From contig JAIMAT010000003.1 of NCBI GenBank assembly GCA_023511835.1, forward strand, positions 10,933-74,932: DNA of 64,000 nucleotides, in the 5' to 3' direction. The notes beneath the pieces are model-generated. The model saw only the letters and a program-made list of their open reading frames with translations. It was not told where the DNA came from and searched no databases. Positions 20,967-31,497 of the stretch are shown here, piece after piece (position 1 is the stretch's first letter; every line of letters starts with the position of its first letter). The position numbers and the translations under genes are program-made. Source of the DNA: Bacillota bacterium. Lineage in GTDB: Bacteria; Bacillota; Sulfobacillia; JAIMAT01.

Positions 20967-22081
20967 GCAACTGGATCCTGGTGGTGGCCGTCTTCGCCTT
21001 CCTGATCGTCTTCCACGAGTTCGGCCACTACCTGATGGGCAAGCTGAGCGGCGTCCGCGTGGACGAGTTCGCGGTGGGCTTCGGCCCCCGGCTGGCAGGC
21101 TTTCGCTGGGGCGAGACCGCCTACAACCTCCGTCTCCTCCCCCTGGGTGGCTTCTGCCGGCTGGCGGGCCTCGAGGCGGAGCCCGACGACCTGGCGCGCG
21201 AGGTGGTGGGAGACGGCCCTCCACGGGCGGCTGACGAGGAGGGGGAGGGTGCGGCCCGGGCACGGCTCAGGCTCCGCCCGCCGATCCCGCCCGGCCGCTC
21301 CTTCCAGGACAAGTCCTTCCTCTGGAGACTGGCCATCATCGCCGCCGGGCCACTCTTCAACATCGCCCTGGCCGTGGTGCTTTTTGCCGTCACCTTCACC
21401 GTGGCCGGCATCCCCTCCGGCACCACCCTGCGTATCGCCTCGGTGCAGGCGGGCCTCCCGGCGGCCGCGGCGGGGCTTCGCCCGGGCGACCGGCTGGTGG
21501 CTGTCGACGGGCAGCGGCTGACCGAATGGCAGCAGTTCCAGCAGGTGGTGGCCTCCAGCCCGGGCCGGAGGCTGGAGCTGACGGTGGAGCGGGACGGCCG
21601 CCTGCTGACGCTGGCGGTCACACCCCAGCGCCAGGCGGACGGGCATGGCCTGGTGGGGGTGGCCCCGGCCAGTGAGCTGCGGCGCATGAGCCCCGGCCAG
21701 GGGATCCTCCAGGCCTTCGGGGCCACGTGGAGCGTCATCGCCGGCTGGTTTCAGGGGATCGGGGCGATGGTCAGCCACGCCGGCGGCGTCCAGGTGATGG
21801 GGCCGGTGGGCATCGGCGCGGAGATCTTCCAGGCCAGCCTGCTGGGTTTCTCCTACCTGCTCCTCTGGGGCGCGCTGATCAGCGCCAACTTGGGTCTGAT
21901 CAACCTCCTGCCGATCCCTGCCCTGGACGGGAGTCACCTGCTTCTCATCCTGGTGGAGTGGATCCGCGGGAGGCCCGTCGATCCCGCCAAGGTCAACCTG
22001 GTCCAATTCATCGGCTTCGCTCTCCTGATGCTGCTGATGATCGCGGTCACCTACCGCGACTTGGTGAGGCTGATCGGCTGA
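20960..22081 (+). CDS. rseP: RIP metalloprotease RseP/RasP (M50 + PDZ)
   Basis: HEFGH, AAGPLFN, NLLPIPALDG. Confidence 0.95.
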   Translation: MVSNWILVVAVFAFLIVFHEFGHYLMGKLSGVRVDEFAVGFGPRLAGFRWGETAYNLRLLPLGGFCRLAGLEAEPDDLAREVVGDGPPRAADEEGEGAARARLRLRPPIPPGRSFQDKSFLWRLAIIAAGPLFNIALAVVLFAVTFTVAGIPSGTTLRIASVQAGLPAAAAGLRPGDRLVAVDGQRLTEWQQFQQVVASSPGRRLELTVERDGRLLTLAVTPQRQADGHGLVGVAPASELRRMSPGQGILQAFGATWSVIAGWFQGIGAMVSHAGGVQVMGPVGIGAEIFQASLLGFSYLLLWGALISANLGLINLLPIPALDGSHLLLILVEWIRGRPVDPAKVNLVQFIGFALLMLLMIAVTYRDLVRLIG

Positions 22082-22134
22082 CTCCCGGGAGCCGAAGCGG
22101 GCCCCGGGCGCGGAGCGTGAGGAGGTCGGGAGAG

Positions 22135-23226
22135 GTGGACCGGCGCGAGAGCCGGCAGGTGCGCGTAGGCAAAGTGGCCATCGGCGGCGGTGCCCCGGTG
22201 ACCGTGCAGACCATGACCAAGACGGACACCCGGGACGTCGCCGCCACGGTGGACGAGATCCGGCGCCTGGCCATGGCGGGCGCGGACATCGTGCGCTTGG
22301 CCGTGGTCGACGCCGAGGCGGCCGTCGCCCTGGGTGCCATCAAGCGCGAGGTGGGCGACTTCCCCCTGGTGGCCGACATCCACTTCGACTACCGGCTGGC
22401 GCTGGAGGCGCTGCGCCAGGGAGTGGACAAGATCCGCATCAACCCGGGAAACATCGGCGCCGAGTGGAAGGTGCGCGAGGTGGTGGCGGCCTGCCGCGAG
22501 CGGGGCGTCCCCATCCGCATCGGCGTCAACTCCGGCTCCATCGAGCGGCCGCTGCTGGAGAAGTACGGCCGCTCGCCGCGGGCCATGGTGGAGAGCGCCC
22601 TCCGCCACGTGGAGATCCTGGAGCGCATGGACTTCCAGGACATCGTCATCTCGCTCAAAGCCTCCGACGTGCCCACCATGGTGGCGGCGTACGAGGAGAT
22701 CGCCCGCGAGGTGCCGTATCCGCTCCATCTGGGCGTGACCGAGGCGGGCCCCGGCCTGGCGGCGGCGGTCAAGTCGGCCGTGGGCATCGGCCACCTGCTG
22801 GCGGAGGGGATCGGCGACACGATCCGCGTCTCCATCACGGGCGACGCCGCCGAAGAGGTGGCGGTGGGGCTGGAGATCCTCTATGCCCTGGGCCTGCGCG
22901 AGAAGCGCCTGGAGATCGTCTCCTGCCCCACCTGCGGACGGTGCGAGGTCGACCTCTTCCGCATCGTCCACGAGGTGGAGCAGCGCATGCCGCCGGTGGA
23001 GCGTCCGCTGCGCGTCGCCATCATGGGCTGCGGCGTCAACGGGCCCGGCGAGGCGCGGGAGGCCGACATCGGGCTGGCCTCGGGCAACGGCGTGGGCCTC
23101 ATCTTCCGCAAGGGGCAGGTGCTGCGCAAGGTGCCGGAGCGCGAGATGGTCGACGTGCTGCTGGAGGAGATCGCCCGGCTGGGCAGGGCCGGGGAGGCGT
23201 CCGAACCGGTCGGCGCCGGATCTTGA
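22135..23226 (+). CDS. ispG: HMBPP synthase IspG
   Basis: PLVADIHFDY, RINPGN, SCPTCGRC, MGCGVNGPGEA. Confidence 0.97.
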   Translation: MDRRESRQVRVGKVAIGGGAPVTVQTMTKTDTRDVAATVDEIRRLAMAGADIVRLAVVDAEAAVALGAIKREVGDFPLVADIHFDYRLALEALRQGVDKIRINPGNIGAEWKVREVVAACRERGVPIRIGVNSGSIERPLLEKYGRSPRAMVESALRHVEILERMDFQDIVISLKASDVPTMVAAYEEIAREVPYPLHLGVTEAGPGLAAAVKSAVGIGHLLAEGIGDTIRVSITGDAAEEVAVGLEILYALGLREKRLEIVSCPTCGRCEVDLFRIVHEVEQRMPPVERPLRVAIMGCGVNGPGEAREADIGLASGNGVGLIFRKGQVLRKVPEREMVDVLLEEIARLGRAGEASEPVGAGS

Positions 23227-23325
23227 CCCGCGCCCGGCGACCGCTCTTCCGCAGGGCCGGCGAGGCCCCGCGGAAACATTTTTATCCGGGAGAGGCAAGG
23301 AGCGAGGAGACGGGGGGATCGGCGG

Positions 23326-25065
23326 ATGCGCCTCTCGCAGTACTTGGCCCCGACGCTCCGCGAGGAGCCGGCCGAGGCCGAGATTCCCAGCCATCGCCTG
23401 ATGCTGCGGGCGGGGCTGATGCGCAAAGTGGCGGCGGGGATCTACACCTTCCTGCCGCTGGGGACGCGCGCCATCCAGAAGGTGGAGCAGATGGTGCGCG
23501 AGGAGATGAACCGGGCGGGGGCGCTGGAGGTGCGGCTGCCCATCGTCCAGCCGGCGGAGCTCTGGCAGGAGACGGGCCGCTGGGAGGAGTACGGCCCGGA
23601 GATGTTCCGCCTCAGTGACCGCCACGGGCGGCTCTTCGCGCTGGGGCCGACACACGAGGAGATCGTCACCGACCTGGTGCGCGGCACGGTCTCCTCCTAC
23701 CGCCAGCTGCCGCTCACCCTCTACCAGATCCAGAACAAGTACCGGGACGAGGTGCGCCCCCGTTTCGGGGTGATGCGCTCGCGCGAGTTCGTGATGAAGG
23801 ACGCCTACTCCTTCGACCGGGACGAGGAGGGCATGCACCGCAGCTACCGGGCCATGTACGAGGCGTACGAGCGCGTCTTCCGCCGCTGCGGGCTGGAGTT
23901 CCGCGTGGTGGAGGCCGACTCGGGCGCCATCGGCGGCAGCTACACGCACGAGTTCATGGCCCTGGCCGAGAGCGGCGAGGCCGAGGTGGTCTGGTGCCCG
24001 CGCTGCGGCTACGCGGCCGACGCCGAGAAGGCCGAGTCGGCGGCGCCGCCGGCGGGCGAGGAGCCCCTCCGGCCGCTGGAGCGGGTGGCGACGCCGGGGG
24101 TGCGGACCATCCAGGAGCTGGTCGACTTCCTCCCGGTGGACGTGGGGCATACGGCCAAGATCCTCTTCTACGTCGCCACCTACGCCGGCGGGCGCGAGGA
24201 GCTGGTGGCCGCCGTCCTGCGCGGCGACCGGACGCTCAACGAGATCAAGCTGAAGAACGCGCTGGGCGCGCTGCAGGTGCGCATGGCGGACCAGGAGCGG
24301 GTCTTGCGGGAGACCGGCGCCCCCTTCGGCTCGGCCGGGCCGGTGGGGCTTCGCGGCGCCCGCCTCCTCCTCGACCGCGAGGTGGCGGCCGGCCGGAACT
24401 GGGCCGTGGGCGCCAACGAGGAGGACTGGCACCTGCGCAACGCCAACCCCGGGCGCGACTTCCCCGCTGGTCCGGTCCACGACCTGCGTCTGGCGGGTGC
24501 GGGCGATCCCTGCCCGCGCTGCGGCGAGCCCATGGAGAGCCGGGCGGGCATCGAGGTGGGCCAGGTTTTCGAGCTGGGGACCAAGTACTCCGAGCGCCTG
24601 GGCGCCACCTTCTACGACGAGGAAGGGCGCAGCCGCCCGATCCTGATGGGCTGCTACGGCATCGGCGTGACGCGCACGGTGGCGGCGGTGATCGAGCAGC
24701 ACCACGACGAGTCCGGCATCGTCTGGCCGGTCAGCGTCGCCCCCTTCGAGGCGGTGGTGGTACCCGTCCACTACGCCGAACCGGCCCAGCGCGAGGCGGC
24801 CGAGCGCCTCTACCGCGAGTTGCAGGAGGCGGGCGTGGAGGTGGCCCTGGACGACCGGGACGAGCGGAGCGGCGTCAAGTTCAACGACGCCGACCTGGTG
24901 GGCTACCCCTACCGCGTGACGGTGGGGCCCAAGGCGCTGGCGCGCGGCGAAGTGGAGCTGACGCGGCGGGCGGGCCGACAGACCGAGAGCCTGCCGCTGG
25001 AGGAGCTGGCGGACGTCCTGCGCCGCCGCCTGGCGGCCGACCGGGCCGCGCTCTCCGCCGAGTAG
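23326..25065 (+). CDS. proS: Proline--tRNA ligase (bacterial type with editing domain)
   Basis: [26 protein letters not shown]. Confidence 0.98.
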   Translation: MRLSQYLAPTLREEPAEAEIPSHRLMLRAGLMRKVAAGIYTFLPLGTRAIQKVEQMVREEMNRAGALEVRLPIVQPAELWQETGRWEEYGPEMFRLSDRHGRLFALGPTHEEIVTDLVRGTVSSYRQLPLTLYQIQNKYRDEVRPRFGVMRSREFVMKDAYSFDRDEEGMHRSYRAMYEAYERVFRRCGLEFRVVEADSGAIGGSYTHEFMALAESGEAEVVWCPRCGYAADAEKAESAAPPAGEEPLRPLERVATPGVRTIQELVDFLPVDVGHTAKILFYVATYAGGREELVAAVLRGDRTLNEIKLKNALGALQVRMADQERVLRETGAPFGSAGPVGLRGARLLLDREVAAGRNWAVGANEEDWHLRNANPGRDFPAGPVHDLRLAGAGDPCPRCGEPMESRAGIEVGQVFELGTKYSERLGATFYDEEGRSRPILMGCYGIGVTRTVAAVIEQHHDESGIVWPVSVAPFEAVVVPVHYAEPAQREAAERLYRELQEAGVEVALDDRDERSGVKFNDADLVGYPYRVTVGPKALARGEVELTRRAGRQTESLPLEELADVLRRRLAADRAALSAE

Positions 25066-25066
25066 G

Positions 25067-28000
25067 GTGGGCGGCGTGGTGGCGAGGTGGCTGCGCGTGG
25101 AGCCGGCCGCGCCCGCCGGCGCGGGCGTGGACTGGCTCCTGGGAGAGCTCTGGACGGGGCTTTCCGGGGAGGAGCGGCGCCGCTGGGCGGGGGCGCGGGT
25201 GGCCGCGCTCCGCCTGGCCGCCGACGCCAGTGAGGCGCGGCTGGAGGTGACGGGCTGCGATCCGGAGGCCGGCGGGGAGCTGGCCGACCTGCTCCGGCGG
25301 CGCTTCCCCGGCTTCCGCCAGTACCGCGTCGAGGTGCGGAGGCTCTCCCCGGAGGAGCTTTTCCCGCGCCTGGTGGAGGCAGCCGCGGCGCGTAACCCGG
25401 CCGTGGGGCCGCTCCTGCGCGCCGGCCGGGCCGACTGGCCCGAGCCGGACCGGCTGGAGATCCGGCTGCCCCACGCCTCCGGGCGGGACTGGCTGCGCGA
25501 GGAGCGCGCCGAGGGGCTCCTGGCGCAGGAGGCGGCGGCGCTCTTGGGGCGCGAGGTGGAGGTGCGCCTGGTCGTCGACGAGGCCCCGGAGGCGGAGGAG
25601 CCCGGGGAGATCGAGGCCGAGCTGCTACGCGAGGCGTTCGCTGCCGTGGAGAGCGCCCCGGGCGAGCCGCCGGCGACCGGCGGGCAGGAGCCGCCGACCG
25701 AGGGCGAGGTACTGGCGGGCCGCCGCATCCCGGAGGAGCCGGTGCGCATGGCCGAGCTGGGCGAGGAGCCCGGCGAGGTGGTGGTGGAGGGCGAGATCCT
25801 CGCCATCGAGGGGCGCGAGCTGAAGAGCGGGCGCTGGCTCTTCGAGATGGATGTGAGCGACCGCAGCGACAGCCTGACCGCGCGCTGCTTCCTGCCGCGC
25901 CAGCGCGTCGCCCGCTTCGCGCTCCTCAAGCCGGGCCAGCGCCTCCGCCTGCGCGGCCGCTGGGAGATGGAGAAGACGGCCGGCGAGCCCCGCCTGACGG
26001 TGCGCGACGCCCAGGTGGTGGCGCCGCGACGGCGGCGGGACGAGGCGGCGGAGAAGCGGGTGGAGCTCCACTGCCACACGCGCATGAGCGCCATGGACGC
26101 GGTCAGCGAGACGGAGGAGCTGGTCCGCCGGGCGGCCGAGTGGGGGCATCCCGCCATCGCCATCACCGACCACGGCGTGGTCCAGTCCTTCCCCGAGGCG
26201 TACGAGGCGGGGAAGAAGTACGGCGTCCAGATCCTCTACGGCATGGAGGCCTACCTGCAGGTCGACGAGAGCGACCTGAGCCGCCCATACAACCACGCCA
26301 TCCTCATCGCCCGCGACCAGGAAGGGCTGCACGCCCTCTACGAGCTGGTGACGCGCTCGCACCTGGAGAGCTTCCACCGCTTCCCGCGCATTCCCAAGAG
26401 CCTCCTGGCGGCGCGGCGCGAGCACCTCCTGATCGGCACCGCCTGCGAGCGGGGGGAGCTCTTCCGGGCCCTCCTGGCCGGGGCGGGGGAGGAGGAGCTG
26501 GAGCGCATCGCCTCCTTCTACGACTACCTGGAGGTGCAGCCGCTGGCCAACGACCGCTTCCTGATCGAGAACGGGACGCTGCCGGACGAGGAGGCGCTGC
26601 GCCAGATCAACCGGCGCATCGTCGAGCTGGGCGAGCGGCTGGGGAAGCCGGTCTGCGCCACCAGCGACTGCCACTTCGTGGAGCCGGAGGACGGCCTCTT
26701 CCGGAACGTGCTCCACGCGGCCCAGGGTTACGACGACTCGGAGCGCGAGTCGCCGCTCTTCTTTCACACGACCGACGAGATGCTGGCCGAGTTCGACTAC
26801 CTGGGCGAGGAGCGCTGCCGCCGGGTGGTGATCGAGGGGCCGCGGCAGGTGGCGGCGCTCTGCAGCCCGGACATCCTCCCCGTCCCGGAGGGACTCCACG
26901 CGCCCGAGCTGCCCGGCGCCGCCGAGGAGCTGGAGGAGACGGCGCGGGGGCGCGCCCGCGAGCTGTACGGCGAGCCGCTGCCGGAGGCGGTGGCCGAGCG
27001 GCTGGAGTACGAGATCCGCTCCATCGTCGGCAACGGCTTCGCCAGCCTCTACATGATCGCCCAGCGGCTGGTCCGGAAGTCGCTGGAGGACGGCTACCTG
27101 GTGGGCTCGCGCGGCTCGGTGGGCTCCTCGCTGGTGGCCACGCTCCTCGGGATCACCGAGGTCAACCCGCTGCCGCCCCACTACCGCTGTCCCGACTGCC
27201 GCTGGAGCGACTTCCCGGCCCAGCCGGGCGTCGCCTCCGGCTTCGACCTGCCGGAGCGCAGCTGCCCGCGCTGCGGCGGGCGGCTGGTCAAGGACGGGCA
27301 CGACATCCCCTTCGCCACCTTCATGGGCTTCCACGGCGACAAGGTGCCCGACATCGACCTCAACTTCTCGGGCGAGTACCAGCCGCGCATCCATCGCTAC
27401 ACGGAGGAGCTGCTGGGCGAGGGGCACGTCTTCCGCGCGGGCACCATCTCCACCATCGCCGAGCGGACCGCCTACGGCTTCGTCCGCGCCTGGGCGCAGC
27501 AGACGGGCAGGAAGTTGCGCGAGGCGGAGGTGCGCCGCCTGGTGCGCGGCTGCTCGGGGGTGCGCCGGACCACCGGCCAGCACCCGGGCGGCCTGATGGT
27601 GGTGCCGCGGGGCGACGACATCCTGCGCTACACGCCGCTCCAGCACCCGGCCGACGACCGCGAGTCGGGGACGGTCACCACCCACTTCGACTACCACTCC
27701 ATCTCCTCGCGGCTGGTCAAGCTGGACCTGCTGGGCCACGATGACCCCACGGCCATCCGCATGCTGGAGGAGCTGACCGGAGTCGACGCCCACGCCATCC
27801 CCTTCGACGACCCGGAGACGCTGGCGCTCTTCTCGGGGCTGGAGCCGCTGGGCCTCTCGGCCGAGGAGCTGGGCAGCGACGTGGGCACGCTGGGGCTGCC
27901 CGAGTTCGGCACGCGCTTCGTGCGCGGCATGCTCTCCCAGACCCGTCCCAAGAGCTTCGCCGAGCTGGTCCGCATCTCGGGCCTCTCCCACGGCACGGAC

Positions 28001-28768
28001 GTCTGGAACAACAACGCCCAGGAGCTGGTGGCCTCGGGGCGTGCCACGCTCCAGGAAGTCATCTCCACCCGCGACGACATCATGCTGGCCCTGATCCGCT
28101 GGGGCATGGAGCGGGAGGAAGCCTTCCGCATCATGGAGCAGGTACGCAAAGGGAAGGGGCTGAAGCCCTCCGACGAGGAGGCCATGCGCCGCCACGGGGT
28201 CCCCGGTTGGTTCGTGGAGAGCTGCCAGAAGATCAGCTACCTCTTTCCCAAGGCGCACGCGGTGGCCTACGTGATCATGGCCTTCCGCATCGCCTGGTTC
28301 AAGGTCCACCATCCGGCCGCCTTCTACGCCACCTACTTCAGCGTCCGCGCCGACGACTTCGACGCCGCCTGGATCGGCGAAACGCCGTCCACCTGGCGGC
28401 GCCGCATCCGCGAGATCGAGGCGAAGGGAAACGAGGCCACGGCGAAGGAGAAGAACCAGGTGACCATCCTGGAGGTGGCCGTGGAGATGGCGCTGCGCGG
28501 GATGCGCTTCCTGCCCATCGACCTGGAGCGCTCGCACCCGGCCCGCTTCCTGGTGGAGGAGGGCGGGTTGCGGCCGCCCTTCGTCGCCATCCAGGGGCTG
28601 GGCGCCCGCGCCGCGGAGGCCATCGTGCGCGCGCGCGAGGAGGCGCCCTTCCTCTCCCGCGAGGACCTGCAGCGGCGCGGCCGCCTGAGCCGGGCGGTCA
28701 TGGAGCTGCTGGAGCGCCACGGCGTCCTGGAGGGGCTGCCGCTCTCGGACCAGATGGTCCTCTTCTGA
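25067..28768 (+). CDS. polC: DNA polymerase III PolC-type, lacking the exonuclease insert
   Basis: [52 protein letters not shown]; OB fold precedes the PHP domain. Confidence 0.97.
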   Translation: MGGVVARWLRVEPAAPAGAGVDWLLGELWTGLSGEERRRWAGARVAALRLAADASEARLEVTGCDPEAGGELADLLRRRFPGFRQYRVEVRRLSPEELFPRLVEAAAARNPAVGPLLRAGRADWPEPDRLEIRLPHASGRDWLREERAEGLLAQEAAALLGREVEVRLVVDEAPEAEEPGEIEAELLREAFAAVESAPGEPPATGGQEPPTEGEVLAGRRIPEEPVRMAELGEEPGEVVVEGEILAIEGRELKSGRWLFEMDVSDRSDSLTARCFLPRQRVARFALLKPGQRLRLRGRWEMEKTAGEPRLTVRDAQVVAPRRRRDEAAEKRVELHCHTRMSAMDAVSETEELVRRAAEWGHPAIAITDHGVVQSFPEAYEAGKKYGVQILYGMEAYLQVDESDLSRPYNHAILIARDQEGLHALYELVTRSHLESFHRFPRIPKSLLAARREHLLIGTACERGELFRALLAGAGEEELERIASFYDYLEVQPLANDRFLIENGTLPDEEALRQINRRIVELGERLGKPVCATSDCHFVEPEDGLFRNVLHAAQGYDDSERESPLFFHTTDEMLAEFDYLGEERCRRVVIEGPRQVAALCSPDILPVPEGLHAPELPGAAEELEETARGRARELYGEPLPEAVAERLEYEIRSIVGNGFASLYMIAQRLVRKSLEDGYLVGSRGSVGSSLVATLLGITEVNPLPPHYRCPDCRWSDFPAQPGVASGFDLPERSCPRCGGRLVKDGHDIPFATFMGFHGDKVPDIDLNFSGEYQPRIHRYTEELLGEGHVFRAGTISTIAERTAYGFVRAWAQQTGRKLREAEVRRLVRGCSGVRRTTGQHPGGLMVVPRGDDILRYTPLQHPADDRESGTVTTHFDYHSISSRLVKLDLLGHDDPTAIRMLEELTGVDAHAIPFDDPETLALFSGLEPLGLSAEELGSDVGTLGLPEFGTRFVRGMLSQTRPKSFAELVRISGLSHGTDVWNNNAQELVASGRATLQEVISTRDDIMLALIRWGMEREEAFRIMEQVRKGKGLKPSDEEAMRRHGVPGWFVESCQKISYLFPKAHAVAYVIMAFRIAWFKVHHPAAFYATYFSVRADDFDAAWIGETPSTWRRRIREIEAKGNEATAKEKNQVTILEVAVEMALRGMRFLPIDLERSHPARFLVEEGGLRPPFVAIQGLGARAAEAIVRAREEAPFLSREDLQRRGRLSRAVMELLERHGVLEGLPLSDQMVLF

Positions 28769-28865
28769 GGCCCCGCCGGCCTGGGGGCGGCACGGGGCCG
28801 GGGGCGGTCCGCACCGCGGGCGCCCCGGCGGCGGGAGACCGAGCCCGACGAGGGGGTGTGGCGGC

Positions 28866-29870
28866 ATGAAGCCGGAGGGTCGGTCGAGTTTCCGCGCTTT
28901 CTGGGTGGAGCGTACAGGCGAGCGCTTTTTCGCCGGGGTTCGGGAGCTGCCCGCGGAGGCGCTGCCCGAGGCGGACGTGACGGTGCGGGTGGAGTACTCC
29001 TCGCTCAACTACAAGGATGCCCTGGCCACGCGTCCCGACGGCCGCGTGGTGCGGCGCTACCCCATGGTGGCGGGCATCGACCTGGCCGGCCGCGTGGTCG
29101 ACTCGCGCGACCCGCGCTTCCGGCCCGGAGAGGAGGTGCTGGCCACCGGCTACGAACTGGGCGTGGCCCACTTCGGCGGACTGGCCGAGTACGCCCGGCT
29201 GCCGGGCGACTGGCTCCTGCCCATTCCGGAGGGCTGGGGGCCGCGCGAGGCCATGACGCTGGGCACGGCCGGTCTCACGGCCGGCCTGGCCGTCGAGCGC
29301 CTGGAGCAACTGGGGCTCGGGCCCGGCGACGGCCCGGTGCTGGTGACCGGCGCCAGCGGCGGCGTCGGCTCGCTGGCGGTGGCGCTCCTCGCCGCGCGGG
29401 GCTACCGGGTGGCGGCCAGCACGGGCAAGGCGGAGGCGGACGCCTACCTGCGGCAGCTGGGCGCGGAGGAGGTGCTGGAGCGCGCCGCCACCTCGGCGTC
29501 CTCGTCCAAGGCGCTGGAGAGCCAGCGCTGGGCGGCGGCGGTCGACCCCGTGGGCGGGGAGACCACCGCCTATCTCCTGCGCACCCTGCGTTACGGCGGG
29601 GCGCTGGCGCTGGTCGGCCTGGCGGGCGGCGCGGAGCTCCGGACCAGCGTCCATCCCTTCATCCTCCGCGGCGTCACCCTGGCCGGCATCGACTCGGCCT
29701 ACGCGCCGGTCGAACTCCGCCGGCGCGTCTGGCGGCGTCTCGCCGCCGAGCTGCCGGCGGTCGTGCTGGAACGGGTGCGGGCGGCCGAGGTGGGGCTGGA
29801 GGGGGTAGCCGAGGCGGCGGCGAGCCTCCTGCGCGGGGAGGTGCGGGGGCGCGTGCTCGTCCGCCTGTGA
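28866..29870 (+). CDS. YhdH/YhfP/AcuI-family MDR oxidoreductase (acryloyl-CoA reductase-like)
   Basis: YSSLNYKDAL, GTAGLTA, VTGASGGVGS, PFILRGV. Confidence 0.9.
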   Translation: MKPEGRSSFRAFWVERTGERFFAGVRELPAEALPEADVTVRVEYSSLNYKDALATRPDGRVVRRYPMVAGIDLAGRVVDSRDPRFRPGEEVLATGYELGVAHFGGLAEYARLPGDWLLPIPEGWGPREAMTLGTAGLTAGLAVERLEQLGLGPGDGPVLVTGASGGVGSLAVALLAARGYRVAASTGKAEADAYLRQLGAEEVLERAATSASSSKALESQRWAAAVDPVGGETTAYLLRTLRYGGALALVGLAGGAELRTSVHPFILRGVTLAGIDSAYAPVELRRRVWRRLAAELPAVVLERVRAAEVGLEGVAEAAASLLRGEVRGRVLVRL

Positions 29871-29909
29871 GGGACCGGCAAGAGCGGAGGCGAGGGGGAA
29901 GGTGAGCGG

Positions 29910-30911
29910 TTGGCCACCATCCTGGTGACGGGCGGCGCCGGCTTCATCGGGAGCGCCAGCGTGGACGAGCTTCTCGCCCGCGGGCACCGCGTGGCGGTGC
30001 TGGACGACCTGTCGGGCGGGAGGCGGGAGAACCTGCCGCCCGGGGCGGAGCTCTGGGTGGCCGACGTGGGCGACGCCGAGGCGGTGCGCGGCCTCTTCCG
30101 GCGGCTGCGGCCCGAGCTGGTGCTCCACTTGGCGGCCCAGATCTCGGTCAGCCGGTCCGTGCGCGAGCCGGCCGCCGACGCCCGCGTCAACGTCGTGGGG
30201 CTTCTGCACGTGCTGGAGGCGGCCCGCGAGACGGGGAGCCGCCGGGTCGTCTTCGCCTCCTCGGGGGGCGTGCTCTACGGGGAGGTGGAGCGGCCGGCGG
30301 TGGAGGAGCAGCCGCTGGCGCCCGTCTCGCCCTACGGCATCGCCAAGTGGGCCGGGGAGCGCTACCTGGAGTTCTTCGCCCGGGAGTACGGCCTCGAGGG
30401 CGTCGCGCTCCGCTACGGCAACGTCTTCGGCCCGCGCCAGGACCCGCACGGGGAGGCCGGCGTGGTGGCCATCTTCAGCCGCCGCCTCCTGGCGGGGGAG
30501 CCGCCGCTGGTCCACGGGGACGGCGAGAACGTACGCGACTACGTCTACGTCGCGGACGTGGCACGCGCCAACCGGCTGGCGCTGGAGGCGGAGCCGCCGC
30601 GGCTGCTGCCCGGGGGAGGGACCCCCTTCGTCGCCTTCAACGTGGGCACCGGGCGGGGGACCACCGTCAACCGGCTGGTGGAGATGATGGGCCGGGCGCT
30701 GGCCGAGCTGACCGGCGCCCGGGCGCGGGCGCCCGTCCACGGTCCGGCGCGGGCGGGCGACTTGCGCTCGAGCCTCCTCGACGCCGGGCGCATCGAGCGG
30801 AGGCTGGGCTGGAGGCCCGAGGTGCCGCTGGAGGAAGGGCTCCGCCGCACGCTCCGCTGGTTCGCAGAGGCGGGCGGGGCGATTGCCGCCTCCGGCGGCA
30901 GCGTGCTATAG
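29910..30911 (+). CDS. NAD-dependent epimerase/dehydratase (UDP-glucose 4-epimerase-like)
   Basis: TGGAGFIG, YGIAK (YxxxK), GPRQDPHGEAGVV. Confidence 0.9.
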   Translation: MATILVTGGAGFIGSASVDELLARGHRVAVLDDLSGGRRENLPPGAELWVADVGDAEAVRGLFRRLRPELVLHLAAQISVSRSVREPAADARVNVVGLLHVLEAARETGSRRVVFASSGGVLYGEVERPAVEEQPLAPVSPYGIAKWAGERYLEFFAREYGLEGVALRYGNVFGPRQDPHGEAGVVAIFSRRLLAGEPPLVHGDGENVRDYVYVADVARANRLALEAEPPRLLPGGGTPFVAFNVGTGRGTTVNRLVEMMGRALAELTGARARAPVHGPARAGDLRSSLLDAGRIERRLGWRPEVPLEEGLRRTLRWFAEAGGAIAASGGSVL

Positions 30912-30912
30912 T
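30883..30912 (+). promoter_or_regulatory. SigA-type promoter of the rimP-nusA-infB operon
   Basis: TTGCCG-18nt-TATAGT with extended TG; same -35 as the rpsB promoter. Confidence 0.6.
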
Positions 30913-30937
30913 GAACTGACCGCAGGAGGCGCGTGGG

Positions 30938-30970
30938 AGAGTGGGTGCCGCACCCACTCTTCTCTGTGTG
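30938..30970 (+). promoter_or_regulatory. rimP-leader attenuator hairpin
   Basis: AGAGTGGGTG-CCG-CACCCACTCT plus pyrimidine tail, matching the GAGTGGG...CCCACTC motif known upstream of rimP. Confidence 0.7.
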
Positions 30971-30999
30971 TGGCCGCTCTCTCGTCGGAGGTGAGGGGT

Positions 31000-31476
31000 G
31001 TGGCGCGGAGGGAGATCGAGGAGTCGGCCGCGGCGCTGGCCGAGCCTCTCCTGCAGGGGCTCGGCCTTCTGCTCCTGGACGTGGCCTGGCAGAGAGAGAA
31101 CGGGCGGCGCTTCCTCCGTTTCGTCATCGACCGGCCCGGGGGCGGCGTCAGCATGGAGGAGTGCGAGCGCTTCTCCAGGGCCATCGACCCCCGCCTGGAC
31201 GAACTGGGACTGATCGACGAACCGTACTACCTCGAAGTGGCCTCGCCCGGCCTGGACCGGGTGCTGCGGAACGAGCGCGAGTTCGCCTTCTTCCGGGGGC
31301 GGACCGTCCAGGTGCGCTGCTTCGAGCCGCTGGAGGGGGCGCGCAGCCACGTGGGGCGACTGGAGGGCCTGGAGGGGGAGGACGTGCTCCTGGCGGTCCA
31401 GGGGGAGGAGGGCGAGCGCCTCCTCCGCCTTCCCCGCGCCAAGGTGGCACGCGTGCAGTTGAAGGAGGAGAGCTGA
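31000..31476 (+). CDS. rimP: Ribosome maturation factor RimP
   Basis: LRFVIDRPGG..ECERFS, YYLEVASPGLDR. Confidence 0.95.
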   Translation: MARREIEESAAALAEPLLQGLGLLLLDVAWQRENGRRFLRFVIDRPGGGVSMEECERFSRAIDPRLDELGLIDEPYYLEVASPGLDRVLRNEREFAFFRGRTVQVRCFEPLEGARSHVGRLEGLEGEDVLLAVQGEEGERLLRLPRAKVARVQLKEES

Positions 31477-31497
31477 ACTGCTCCAGGAGGGCCCGGC

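Noticed and set aside
23277-23325. SAM-I-like TTATCC..GAGAGG before proS
   Set aside because: No room for the remaining riboswitch helices; no T-box either
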